A stretch of DNA of 36,050 nucleotides, from positions 1-36,050 of the forward strand of contig JBHLLU010000042.1 of assembly GCA_048938895.1 (NCBI GenBank). Reading direction: 5' to 3'. The translations under genes and the position numbers were made by a program. The DNA comes from Promethearchaeota archaeon. Lineage in GTDB: Archaea > Asgardarchaeota > Lokiarchaeia > Sigyniarchaeales > SOKP01. A model generated the notes under the pieces. It was given only the letters and a program-made list of their open reading frames with translations. It was not told where the DNA came from and did not search any database. Shown here piece after piece: positions 18,867 to 27,854 of this stretch (the stretch's first letter is position 1; every line of letters starts with the position of its first letter).

Positions 18867-19466
18867 ATGCCTGTGATGTACGTCCATTACTGGTCATATG
18901 ATAATAACTATTGGATATGGGGATTGGTTAGTACCGATCGCTTTTTTTTTAATACAGAGAGTATTGAAATTTTGGTTGTAGGTATTGTCTTAGGTTTAAC
19001 AATATTAATTTGTGGGGTATTGTTGGTAATTTCAGCGATTTTGGCAACCAAAAGACGGTTTTCCGTTGAACATCGAGATAAGATCTGGATTATCAGTTCT
19101 CTAATTGCAATTTTAGCAGGAATAGTATGGTATTTTTATATTTCAATATTTGGTGAAGGTTATATAACTCCTCCTGGTTATAATGTTTGGAGCTATTACA
19201 CCATCGGTTTTGGTTTAACTGGGACCTTTTCTGGAGGGTCCATGACGATTTTAGGATATTTATTTAACCGAATAATTAAAGACACAGACATCATGTCTTT
19301 TTTTGTAACAGAACCGCAAAAAGAAATTAGCGTAGCCTATAAGAAAATATCTTCCCAAGAAGCACAAAGAACTGAAGTTTTAGAAAGAATTAATTTTTGT
19401 CCCAAGTGCGGATGTAAAACGGGTGAAACCTATAAATTCTGCCCGGGATGTGGGTTTAAATTTTAA
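18867..19466 (+). CDS. Membrane protein with C-terminal zinc ribbon (true start probably upstream, near 18792)
   Basis: Three TM segments plus FCPKCG...FCPGCG. The frame stays open upstream through another hydrophobic helix. Confidence 0.75.
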   Translation: MPVMYVHYWSYDNNYWIWGLVSTDRFFFNTESIEILVVGIVLGLTILICGVLLVISAILATKRRFSVEHRDKIWIISSLIAILAGIVWYFYISIFGEGYITPPGYNVWSYYTIGFGLTGTFSGGSMTILGYLFNRIIKDTDIMSFFVTEPQKEISVAYKKISSQEAQRTEVLERINFCPKCGCKTGETYKFCPGCGFKF

Positions 19467-19473
19467 AAAAAAG

Positions 19474-20472
19474 TCATTTACGAATTTTCTCTAATCCCAT
19501 CTTTCTCATTTTCGTTTGTCTTTCAATACTTTTTCTAACTCTCTCACGTATTTCTGGTTTCATAAATTGTAAATTATTAAGAGCTCCTTTAGACCCTTCC
19601 TCAATCCCAGTCAAGATCCTTTTTTGATCTTCAGGATTTAATTTGTTTAAATTTCTATAAAATCTCTCCATGCCCTCTTCTTGATCGTAAGGAATCCTAC
19701 CACTTAATAATCCTCCATCTATTAAAAGCGTTACTCCTGTAATAAAACTACTAGAATCACTTGCTAAAAATAAAGCAGCATTAGCAATATCAATTGGTAA
19801 GCCTGCTTGCCTTAAAGGTTGTTGATCAATCATTCCTTCTTTCCTCAATTCCGCCCACTTCTCTGCATCTTCACGAGATAATCCCATACCCTGCCCAAAT
19901 ATCCCTGTAGCGATACCACCAGGGGCAATTGCATTTATTCTTATCCCAAATATCCCCAATTCTACGGCAGCAATACGTGTAAGCTGAACAAGAGCTGCTT
20001 TAGCAAGAGAATAGGGAAAAGATCCCATCCCTTGTTGATAGGCTGCTACAGAACTCGTACTTAGAAAACATCCGCTACCTTGTTCCTTCATTATAGGGAT
20101 TACATATTTTAAATATAAATAAGCCGCACGTAAGTGAATCGCAATAGTTTTATCGAAGTCGTCAGTTGAAATATCTTGGATTCCTCCTCCTGGTCCCGGA
20201 TTACCCGCATTCGAAAAAACAATATCAAGTCTACCGAATTTTCCCATGGCAAGATCAATTGAATTTTTTATTTCTGATTCCTGAGCTACGTCAGTATGGA
20301 TATAAATTGCATTAGGTCCGAGTTCTTTGGCAATATTTTCACCCATTTCATCCCAAATATCTACCATTACGACTCCTTTAGCACCCTCTTCGATGAAACG
20401 TTTTGAAGTCGCTTTACCTATTCCTCCAGCAGCACCCGTTATGAGTGCTACTTTTCCATCTAATTCTCCCAT
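19474..20472 (-). CDS. SDR family oxidoreductase with C-terminal helical extension (paralog B)
   Basis: TGAAGGIG, SNAG, YSLAK and IRINAIAPG motifs. The start at MGELDGK matches the paralog's MGTLDGK. Confidence 0.93.
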   Translation of the reverse strand: MGELDGKVALITGAAGGIGKATSKRFIEEGAKGVVMVDIWDEMGENIAKELGPNAIYIHTDVAQESEIKNSIDLAMGKFGRLDIVFSNAGNPGPGGGIQDISTDDFDKTIAIHLRAAYLYLKYVIPIMKEQGSGCFLSTSSVAAYQQGMGSFPYSLAKAALVQLTRIAAVELGIFGIRINAIAPGGIATGIFGQGMGLSREDAEKWAELRKEGMIDQQPLRQAGLPIDIANAALFLASDSSSFITGVTLLIDGGLLSGRIPYDQEEGMERFYRNLNKLNPEDQKRILTGIEEGSKGALNNLQFMKPEIRERVRKSIERQTKMRKMGLEKIRK

Positions 20473-20499
20473 CCCAATCATTCAAATTTATATTAACAT

Positions 20500-21471
20500 T
20501 CATCCTTGAGGTGCCATTCTCTGCAATCTTCTGATTACTTTTTCTCTAATTTCTGGTTTCATGAATTTCAAATCGTCCATCATTTTTTTAATGCCTTCTT
20601 GGGCTTTTTCAGTTATTATCTTTTGATCTTCAGGTTCTAAAGCTTGAATCATTTCTTGCCATCTTTCTTGATTTTCTACCTGATCTTGTGGAATTCTTCC
20701 CGATAAAAGTCCTCCATCCACTATAAGTGTTTCTCCTGTAATGAAGCTACTAGAGTCAGAGGCTAAAAATAATGCCGCATTTGCGATATCTTCCGGAAGC
20801 CCTGCTCGTCTAATAGCTTGCATATCAGCAAGAGTTCCTTTTATTAGTTCTGCTACTTTTTCTGCTCCATTACGTGATAAACCCATCCCTTGTCCGAATA
20901 TACCTGTAGCTATACCCCCTGGCGCTATCGCATTCGCTCTAATCCCAAAAATCCCCAATTCTACGGCAGCTATTCGAGTAAGTTGTATAATCCCTGCTTT
21001 TGAAACTGAGTAAGGTAATGGTCCAAAACCTTGTTGAAAACCAGCTACAGAGCTTGTGGTTATAAAACATCCTGATCCTTGTTTTTTCATTATCGGTATT
21101 GAGTGTTTCATGTATAAAAAAGGAGCCCTAAGATGAATCGCAACAGTATAATCAAATTCATCAGTGGGTACATCGTCAATACTTCCTGCGGGACCTGGAT
21201 TACCAGCATTAGAAAAAACAATATCAAGGCAACCAAATTTTTCTAATGTCAAATCAATCGACTTTTTTATATCCAATTCTTGAGATACGTCAGTATGTAA
21301 ATAAATTGCATTCGTTCCGAGTTCATTGGCAGTTTTCTCGCCCATTTCATCCCAAATATCAACCATTACGACTCCTTTAGCTCCCTCTTCAATAAAAAGC
21401 CTTGAAGTCGCTCTACCTATACCACCAGCAGCACCTGTTATGAGTGCTACTTTTCCGTCTAATGTTCCCAT
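20500..21471 (-). CDS. SDR family oxidoreductase with C-terminal helical extension (paralog A)
   Basis: TGAAGGIG, SNAG, YSVSK and IRANAIAPG motifs. Tandem duplicate of 19474-20472. Confidence 0.93.
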   Translation of the reverse strand: MGTLDGKVALITGAAGGIGRATSRLFIEEGAKGVVMVDIWDEMGEKTANELGTNAIYLHTDVSQELDIKKSIDLTLEKFGCLDIVFSNAGNPGPAGSIDDVPTDEFDYTVAIHLRAPFLYMKHSIPIMKKQGSGCFITTSSVAGFQQGFGPLPYSVSKAGIIQLTRIAAVELGIFGIRANAIAPGGIATGIFGQGMGLSRNGAEKVAELIKGTLADMQAIRRAGLPEDIANAALFLASDSSSFITGETLIVDGGLLSGRIPQDQVENQERWQEMIQALEPEDQKIITEKAQEGIKKMMDDLKFMKPEIREKVIRRLQRMAPQG

Positions 21472-21653
21472 AGTAATTCAAAATGAATTATCTATTAATA
21501 CTTTGATGGTCAGAAGATCCCCTCATAAGTAAAAATTGTCAGATTTAGATAAAAATGTTGAAAAGAGCAAAATATTTTAAACACTTAGAAGAATGATAAT
21601 TTAATTAGCTTCAAATCAAAGTTTTTCTTTTCCCACTATAATTGTGAATTAAC

Positions 21654-23063
21654 TTGAGGAAAATAAAGGTAAGGAAATATCAATCCATTAGAGTACAAGA
21701 TCTAAAAAAGTTTTACTACTGTAAACAAAATTGGTCTAATGATTATAAACATGAGCTTAAATCTAAGAGAAAATTAGGCCCTTATGACTGGCGGGAATTT
21801 ATTTATTGGCCCTTCAAAATTCTAGCTATGCCTATTGTTGGCTCTATTATCGTTATATTATTATTTCTAATTAGAGGTTATCGGAATTTAATTTTAAGCT
21901 CTAGCGTTCTTTCTATATTAGTTCTTGCCTTTCTTCTTATAGCAAGTTATATAAGAGAGCGTTTCAGAGCATATAAATATCGCATTGACAATGATAAAAT
22001 TAAGAAAAAATGCTTTATACTCAATGAAATAAACAAAACTTCCCTTGTAATAGGTTTAGTTGGAGATATTATGAGAATGAAAAATATTTTCAGAAGTTAT
22101 AATCTTAGATTTAGTCAATCAGTAAAACATTTTTTCAAAGATGTTGATGTTATTGTAGGAAATCTTGAGGGTGTAATATCAATGAGACGTGGTTCGCTAT
22201 TGAAACAAAGCTTTCAAAAAAAAATTTTATTTGAATTAGACAGTTTACGAATCACCCAATCTACCAAGTGGTTACTAGGTTTAAGTAATAATCACAGTGC
22301 AGATTTTCGTCTTTTAAATTTTAACCATTCCTTATTCTCAATAATTCGAAAACCAAATTTTTTTGTTTTTGGACGTAAAGATGTGCCTAATGTGGTTCTT
22401 AAAAGTCGAATTAACATAGCTTGTGCAAGCGAATGGAGTAATCATGATAACTGGGATTATATTTCAAAATATTCAAATAAGGAATTAAGAAAATACCATT
22501 GTTGCTGTAAATTTAATATCCTTTATCCACATTGGGGCTACGAAAATGAAAGATACGTACGTAAGAGATTACAAAAAGACGCGAAAGCACTTCTTACAGG
22601 TGAAAAACAGAAATATTCGTGGTATCAAAGATTTATTAGAAAACACTTAAAAAAAAAGATTAGATCTTCTAAATTTAGAAAATGGGATTTAATATTTGGG
22701 CATCATTCTCATGTCCGTCAACCATTAATGCAAGTCCTTGATAAAAAGGAGATGGTAAAAAAACTTGTAGTGTTTTCTGGTGGGAATTTTACCTCAGGTG
22801 CCTTGATTTTACGAAGGAGAAAACACACTCAAGGTATTATCATGAAATGTAAAATTGGTCCATTAGCTGACCAACCAAAAAAACTAGCTATTGGACAAGT
22901 TAAGTGGAGAAATACAAGAGTTCAGAATAAAATCAAGAATTATAAAACAAGAACAGTTTATATTGATAGAAAGAATGAGAAAACCTATAATATTTATGCC
23001 TTGATCTTTATCATTATTGCATGGACATTGTTCATTATAGCCATAGTTAATAAATGGTTTTGA
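21654..23063 (+). CDS. Membrane-anchored CapA (PGA_cap)-like metallophosphoesterase
   Basis: VGD, GNLEG, SNNHS.D, PHWGYE, FGHHSHV.Q and FSGGNF motifs in CapA order. Two N-terminal TM segments and one C-terminal. Start uncertain. Confidence 0.8.
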   Translation: MRKIKVRKYQSIRVQDLKKFYYCKQNWSNDYKHELKSKRKLGPYDWREFIYWPFKILAMPIVGSIIVILLFLIRGYRNLILSSSVLSILVLAFLLIASYIRERFRAYKYRIDNDKIKKKCFILNEINKTSLVIGLVGDIMRMKNIFRSYNLRFSQSVKHFFKDVDVIVGNLEGVISMRRGSLLKQSFQKKILFELDSLRITQSTKWLLGLSNNHSADFRLLNFNHSLFSIIRKPNFFVFGRKDVPNVVLKSRINIACASEWSNHDNWDYISKYSNKELRKYHCCCKFNILYPHWGYENERYVRKRLQKDAKALLTGEKQKYSWYQRFIRKHLKKKIRSSKFRKWDLIFGHHSHVRQPLMQVLDKKEMVKKLVVFSGGNFTSGALILRRRKHTQGIIMKCKIGPLADQPKKLAIGQVKWRNTRVQNKIKNYKTRTVYIDRKNEKTYNIYALIFIIIAWTLFIIAIVNKWF

Positions 23064-23120
23064 GAATAGGTTTTATGGATTAAATTATTAAATTAAAAAT
23101 TTAGAATAAAATAAGAATTT

Positions 23121-23318
23121 TTAGAAAGGTCTAATCAAGTGATTGATATTTCTGTTAGCATACACTCGATCAAGAGCTTTTTCAGGAACAATTGCTTCCT
23201 CAAAATATCTTGGATTTAAATCTCCAAGTAATTCATCCCTTTTACTTTCCTCAGAGATTTGAGCTTTTGCTTCTCTAGGTTTTTCCATTTCCATTACTTT
23301 TTCATAAGTCTGGGTCAT
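23121..23318 (-). CDS. Small hypothetical protein with LNPRYF motif
   Basis: 65-aa ATG ORF with a GTGA RBS-like element. The motif resembles the 46-aa pair at 2.4-3.0 kb. Confidence 0.7.
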   Translation of the reverse strand: MTQTYEKVMEMEKPREAKAQISEESKRDELLGDLNPRYFEEAIVPEKALDRVYANRNINHLIRPF

Positions 23319-23511
23319 TTTTTTTCACGTTATATTTTGTTTTGTTATAAATATAGGTAGAGTAAGGTTTAATATATAGTTTATAAATAGAAACTTTAAC
23401 TGGAGTCTTAGATTTATTTTAGATTTTTCATATAAAAGCGTTTATTATTAATTTAAATTAAAAATAAATTGATGGTCTAAAAGTAATTTTATAACTCAGA
23501 TTTTTAATAGA

Positions 23512-23709
23512 TTAGTTATAACAGAATTGTTGATGTTTATTTATACATTCATTACAAAAAGTTTCTCCACATAAAGCACACACAACCTCTTCATCATTAA
23601 CAATAATCAAATCTTTTTCACATCTATTACAGCGTCTATATCGCTCTGCAAAAGTGATTTTTTCTTTAGTAATTCTTCTCTTTTTATATTTTGCAATTAA
23701 TTCGGTCAT
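23512..23709 (-). CDS. C6HC-type zinc-finger micro-protein, copy 1
   Basis: C-x2-C-x13-C-x2-C-x4-C-x2-C-x3-H-x3-C. Paralog at 27653-27826. Confidence 0.85.
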   Translation of the reverse strand: MTELIAKYKKRRITKEKITFAERYRRCNRCEKDLIIVNDEEVVCALCGETFCNECINKHQQFCYN

Positions 23710-23871
23710 ATATCAATTTTTCAAAAGAATTATAAAAAGTCTACTAAAACCTAATTTACATTTAAAATAAGTCAAATGTCCATATGTATAGCATATGTAT
23801 ACACTTAACTTTTTCAACAATTAAGTTTTAAACTGTTAAAAATAAATTTATACCTAAAAATTGTGTTTATA

Positions 23872-24750
23872 ATGACAAAAGTAGTTATTGTTTCTACAAA
23901 TGATTCTATCTATGGTGTAAATAAATCTTTAGAATTACTAGGAATTAATCCTATTAAAGATAGAGACGTAATTTTCAAACCAAATTTAAATACAGCTGAT
24001 CCTCCTCCTGCTTCAAGTTCGATGGAAACATTAAGGCAACTTATTATCAAAATAAAAGAAATGGGTGCAAAATCGATTACAATTGCAGAAAGAAGTGGCC
24101 CTGCTGATACCTCCATAACTTTTAAACAAAAAGGATTATATACACTAGCAGAAGAATTAGATTTTTCGATAGTTGATTTAACTGGAATCCCAGATGATCA
24201 ATATATTTTTAAAAAATCTGAAGAATTTCATTGGAAAGACGGCTTTCTGTTCCCAAAGATATATGATAATGCAGAATGCATTATTGAAACTTGCTGTTTG
24301 AAAACTCATATGTATGGGGGCCATTTTACTTTATCGCTCAAAAACGCGGTGGGTTTAGTACATAAGAAATATATGGGGGAGTTGCACTCTTCTAAGCACC
24401 AAAGAAAAATGATTGCAGAAATTAATACTGTATACAAACCAGATCTAATCATTATGGATGGTATATTAACCTTTATTGATGGTGGTCCAATGGAGGGCAC
24501 CAGGAAGGAAGCAAATGTTTTCATTGCGGGTACAGATAAAGTAGCTATTGATGCGGTTGGTGTTGCTTTATTACGAATTCTTGGAACTACCCCAGAAGTT
24601 TCAAAAGGTTCAATATTTGAGCAAGAGCAGATTAAAAGAGCAGTTGAACTAGGAGTTGGTATCTCCTCCCCAAAAGAAATTGAATTCATACCTGATTCAG
24701 AAGAAGCAAAGAAATTAGTCCTCAAAATTAAACAAAAACTTGAAGAATGA
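23872..24750 (+). CDS. DUF362 domain-containing (putative Fe-S) protein
   Basis: VIFKPNLN, LKTH...FTLSLKNAVG, PDLIIMDG and D.VAIDAVG motifs. ATG 23872 is preferred. Confidence 0.85.
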   Translation: MTKVVIVSTNDSIYGVNKSLELLGINPIKDRDVIFKPNLNTADPPPASSSMETLRQLIIKIKEMGAKSITIAERSGPADTSITFKQKGLYTLAEELDFSIVDLTGIPDDQYIFKKSEEFHWKDGFLFPKIYDNAECIIETCCLKTHMYGGHFTLSLKNAVGLVHKKYMGELHSSKHQRKMIAEINTVYKPDLIIMDGILTFIDGGPMEGTRKEANVFIAGTDKVAIDAVGVALLRILGTTPEVSKGSIFEQEQIKRAVELGVGISSPKEIEFIPDSEEAKKLVLKIKQKLEE

Positions 24751-24760
24751 TTCCATGTAT

Positions 24761-25336
24761 TTATTCTAATATGTTTTTTAAATCCTCAATTAATTTTTTT
24801 ACTTCTACATTATCTAAGGTCAAGTTTACTTTACCTCCACCAGGATGTGCTATTGTGAGATTATACCCATCTTCTTTCCTTTCAACTGCCCATTTTTCAC
24901 CTTCAGTTAGGTTATAAGAAGGTGAAAGCCAGTCTGTAGCCTTAAATTCCCCTATCTGAAGCAGGACTCCAAAAGCATCCTTAGGATGAATAAACAATTC
25001 TTTCCATCGTTCCCCATAATTTTGAAATCCAAAATAAGGAATACTATTTTTTTCCAGAATATCTCTGGTCATATTAATATCAGGAGTTTGTAACACTAAA
25101 TGATGAATTCCCCCCTGCTTATTTTTTAGGAAATTTTCCAAAAAGCTTCCTTTTCCTGTTGGTTTAATTATTTCAAATCGAGAAAGATCTCCTAAGGCAA
25201 AAGTTTCCCAATAATATTTTAAATTATTATCAGTTCCATTATACTGGGAAACGGCACCAAGAATTTTTGTAAAAAATTCAACAGCACCTTCATAATCTTT
25301 TACTGCCAAGGATACATGATCAATTCTTAAAATCAT
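24761..25336 (-). CDS. VOC/glyoxalase family protein, methylmalonyl-CoA epimerase-like, with C-terminal extension
   Basis: RIDHVSLAV, FEIIKP, GGIHHL and FIHPKDAFGVLLQ motifs. Confidence 0.85.
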   Translation of the reverse strand: MILRIDHVSLAVKDYEGAVEFFTKILGAVSQYNGTDNNLKYYWETFALGDLSRFEIIKPTGKGSFLENFLKNKQGGIHHLVLQTPDINMTRDILEKNSIPYFGFQNYGERWKELFIHPKDAFGVLLQIGEFKATDWLSPSYNLTEGEKWAVERKEDGYNLTIAHPGGGKVNLTLDNVEVKKLIEDLKNILE

Positions 25337-25515
25337 ATATGAGTTTGTATTTCAATTTTTATATCATTTATGTTTAGTTTAAATACAAAATTCTTTAAAG
25401 AACCTGAATATAAGCCATCTAGTTATCTCAAACCTTTATTATAGAAGATTTATATATCATCTTATCTAATAATATTGTACGCATTAGTAAAATGAATATA
25501 ATCTAAGTTGACATT

Positions 25516-27282
25516 ATGCCTATGGAAATTCAATTAACTGCAAAAGAATCAGACTATCTTGAAAAACTTGACCAGATCGCCGAAGATGCCATTAAAAATC
25601 CAAATAAAAGTCCTGGGATTTTTGTTGAACAGCATGCCGGAAATATTCCTGATGTACGTGCCTTATTATATAAGAACAAGTCATGGTCTTGGAAGGAATT
25701 GAATCAGGAAAGTAATAAAATAGCTAATTATTTTCTAGAAAAAGGAAATCAGCCTAATGATACTTTTGCGATGATGATGGAAAATTCTCCTGAATATCTT
25801 TTTGTCACAACAGGGATTAATAAGATACAAGGAATAACTTCTCAAATTAATGTGAACTTGAGAAAAACAGCGTTAATTCATGCATTTAATACTAGTGAAC
25901 CCAAAAGGATAATTCTTGATGGGGATAATATACATGCCTTTAATGAAATCTTTGATGAGCTTAAGTTCAATAAGGAAAATGTATTTGTTCTGAATAATCC
26001 CAATAATATTCAACATGATTTTATCGATTTACACGAATTAACTAGCCCAGTTTCTACAAATAATCCAAAAACAACCTTTAATTCAGATCTAGCAGATATG
26101 AGTATGTATATCTTTACATCTGGCACAACAGGGCTCCCAAAAGCAGCTTTGCAAAGTAATGCGCGTCTTCTTAATCCTTTTGGGTTTTTAGCATTTGAAC
26201 TAACTCAGAGTGATGTAGTGTATAGTCCATTACCTTTATATCATTCCCTTGCTACAGTAGTTGGGTGGGGTGGTGTTCTTCATGGGGGTTGTACATTTGC
26301 TATTAGAAAGAGATTTTCAGCATCACAATTTTGGAAGGATATTAGAAAATTCGGTGCTACATGTTTTCTTTACATCGGGGAACTGCCACGATATCTTCTA
26401 AACAGACCTAAATCTGAATATATCCCAAATAACACGCTTAAAAAAATGCTGGGAGTTGGACTTCGTAAAGATATCTGGGAAGAATTTAAATCCCGCTTTC
26501 ATATTGAACATATATTAGAGTTTTATGGCGCTACAGAGGGTGCTGGAGGATTATTCAACATTCAAGAAGTATCAGGTATGATTGGAAGAATTGTTGTACC
26601 TGATTCTATTGAAATCGTGAGAATAAGCGAAGAAACTGGTGAATTCTATAAAGATGAAAATAGCTTCTATATAAAGTGCATTCCTGGAGAAACAGGAATG
26701 ATGTTAGCTAAAATTCTACCTGAAGGAACTTTTCTGGGTTATAAAGATAAAAATAAGACTGATGAAAGAGTTCTTAAAGACGTATTTGAAAAAGGGGATG
26801 CATACTTTAATACGGGTGATCTTGTTACTCTTCATGAAGATAATTGGGTGTCTTTTGCTGATAGATACGGAGATACATTTCGATGGAAAGGGGAAAATGT
26901 TTCTACTCTTGAGGTTGAATCAATAATAAATTGTTTTGATAACCTTGAAATGTGTACTGTATATGGTGTTGAAATTCCAAATTCAGAAGGAAAGGCTGGA
27001 ATGACTTCAATCAAATTAAGTGAAAAACACTCATTTGATTTAGCTACGTTTTCACAATTTATATTTGAAAATCTTCCTAAATATGCAATTCCACTTTTTC
27101 TTCGCATAACAGACAATCTTGAATTCACAGGAACTCACAAGTTAAGAAAAATTAATCTTCGAAAACAGGGATTTGACATTACAAATATTCAAGACCAGAT
27201 TTATTTCTGGAATCCTGAATCTAATAGATATGAAGATTTTGATAAAAAGAAATATAACCACTTGATGAACAACATGTTGTAA
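25516..27282 (+). CDS. Long-chain acyl-CoA synthetase, FATP/FadD6-like
   Basis: YIFTSGTTGLPKAA, YIGEL.RYL, EFYGATEG, YFNTGDL and DRYGDTFRWKGENVST motifs. Confidence 0.95.
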   Translation: MPMEIQLTAKESDYLEKLDQIAEDAIKNPNKSPGIFVEQHAGNIPDVRALLYKNKSWSWKELNQESNKIANYFLEKGNQPNDTFAMMMENSPEYLFVTTGINKIQGITSQINVNLRKTALIHAFNTSEPKRIILDGDNIHAFNEIFDELKFNKENVFVLNNPNNIQHDFIDLHELTSPVSTNNPKTTFNSDLADMSMYIFTSGTTGLPKAALQSNARLLNPFGFLAFELTQSDVVYSPLPLYHSLATVVGWGGVLHGGCTFAIRKRFSASQFWKDIRKFGATCFLYIGELPRYLLNRPKSEYIPNNTLKKMLGVGLRKDIWEEFKSRFHIEHILEFYGATEGAGGLFNIQEVSGMIGRIVVPDSIEIVRISEETGEFYKDENSFYIKCIPGETGMMLAKILPEGTFLGYKDKNKTDERVLKDVFEKGDAYFNTGDLVTLHEDNWVSFADRYGDTFRWKGENVSTLEVESIINCFDNLEMCTVYGVEIPNSEGKAGMTSIKLSEKHSFDLATFSQFIFENLPKYAIPLFLRITDNLEFTGTHKLRKINLRKQGFDITNIQDQIYFWNPESNRYEDFDKKKYNHLMNNML

Positions 27283-27363
27283 TTATAAAAATAGTCACAC
27301 TCTTTTTCTTTAATTATTTCTTTATTAACTTTTATTATTACTACTATATGAGAAATTGTCCTT

Positions 27364-27588
27364 ATGGAAGGAAATAACACAAGAAAATGTGATGATTGCG
27401 GTAAAATAATTCCATTTCAAATATTTTTAAGAGATAATCCTACTATATCTAAAGAACGGGCTCAAGAGTTATGGAATGATCCATTCATCATCACATATTG
27501 CCCTCAATGCTTCTTAAATAGGCCTGAAAAGCCCTATCGTCACCGTCGCAGATATTATTATAATGATCGTCTAAAAATGAGAAAATAA
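27364..27588 (+). CDS. Small zinc-finger protein, RKCxxCGK...LW...YCxxC family, with basic tail
   Basis: CDDC and CPQC knuckles. Pattern shared with 9974-10171. Confidence 0.8.
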   Translation: MEGNNTRKCDDCGKIIPFQIFLRDNPTISKERAQELWNDPFIITYCPQCFLNRPEKPYRHRRRYYYNDRLKMRK

Positions 27589-27652
27589 AAATATTGAATA
27601 AATTTTGTGAGATAAGTAAAGTCAGGGATGAATAATTATGATCTGAAGAGTT

Positions 27653-27826
27653 TTAAATCCCCGGGCAGTATTCCTGATGTATGAGAATACAATTTTTACA
27701 AAAAGTTTCCCCACATAAAACACACACAATCTCTTCATCATTATCAGTATTTAACTTAGCCTCACATTGATTACAATGTCGATAACGACATGCAAAAGAT
27801 TCTTGAAGTGCATTATAATTTATCAT
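27653..27826 (-). CDS. C6HC-type zinc-finger micro-protein, copy 2 (57 aa: MINYNALQESFACRYRHCNQCEAKLNTDNDEEIVCVLCGETFCKNCILIHQEYCPGI)
   Basis: Manual translation with a strong AAGGAGGGTGA RBS. All 8 ligands are spaced identically to 23512-23709. Confidence 0.85.
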   Translation of the reverse strand: MINYNALQESFACRYRHCNQCEAKLNTDNDEEIVCVLCGETFCKNCILIHQEYCPGI

Positions 27827-27854
27827 TTTTCACCCTCCTTTAATAACTTAGTTG

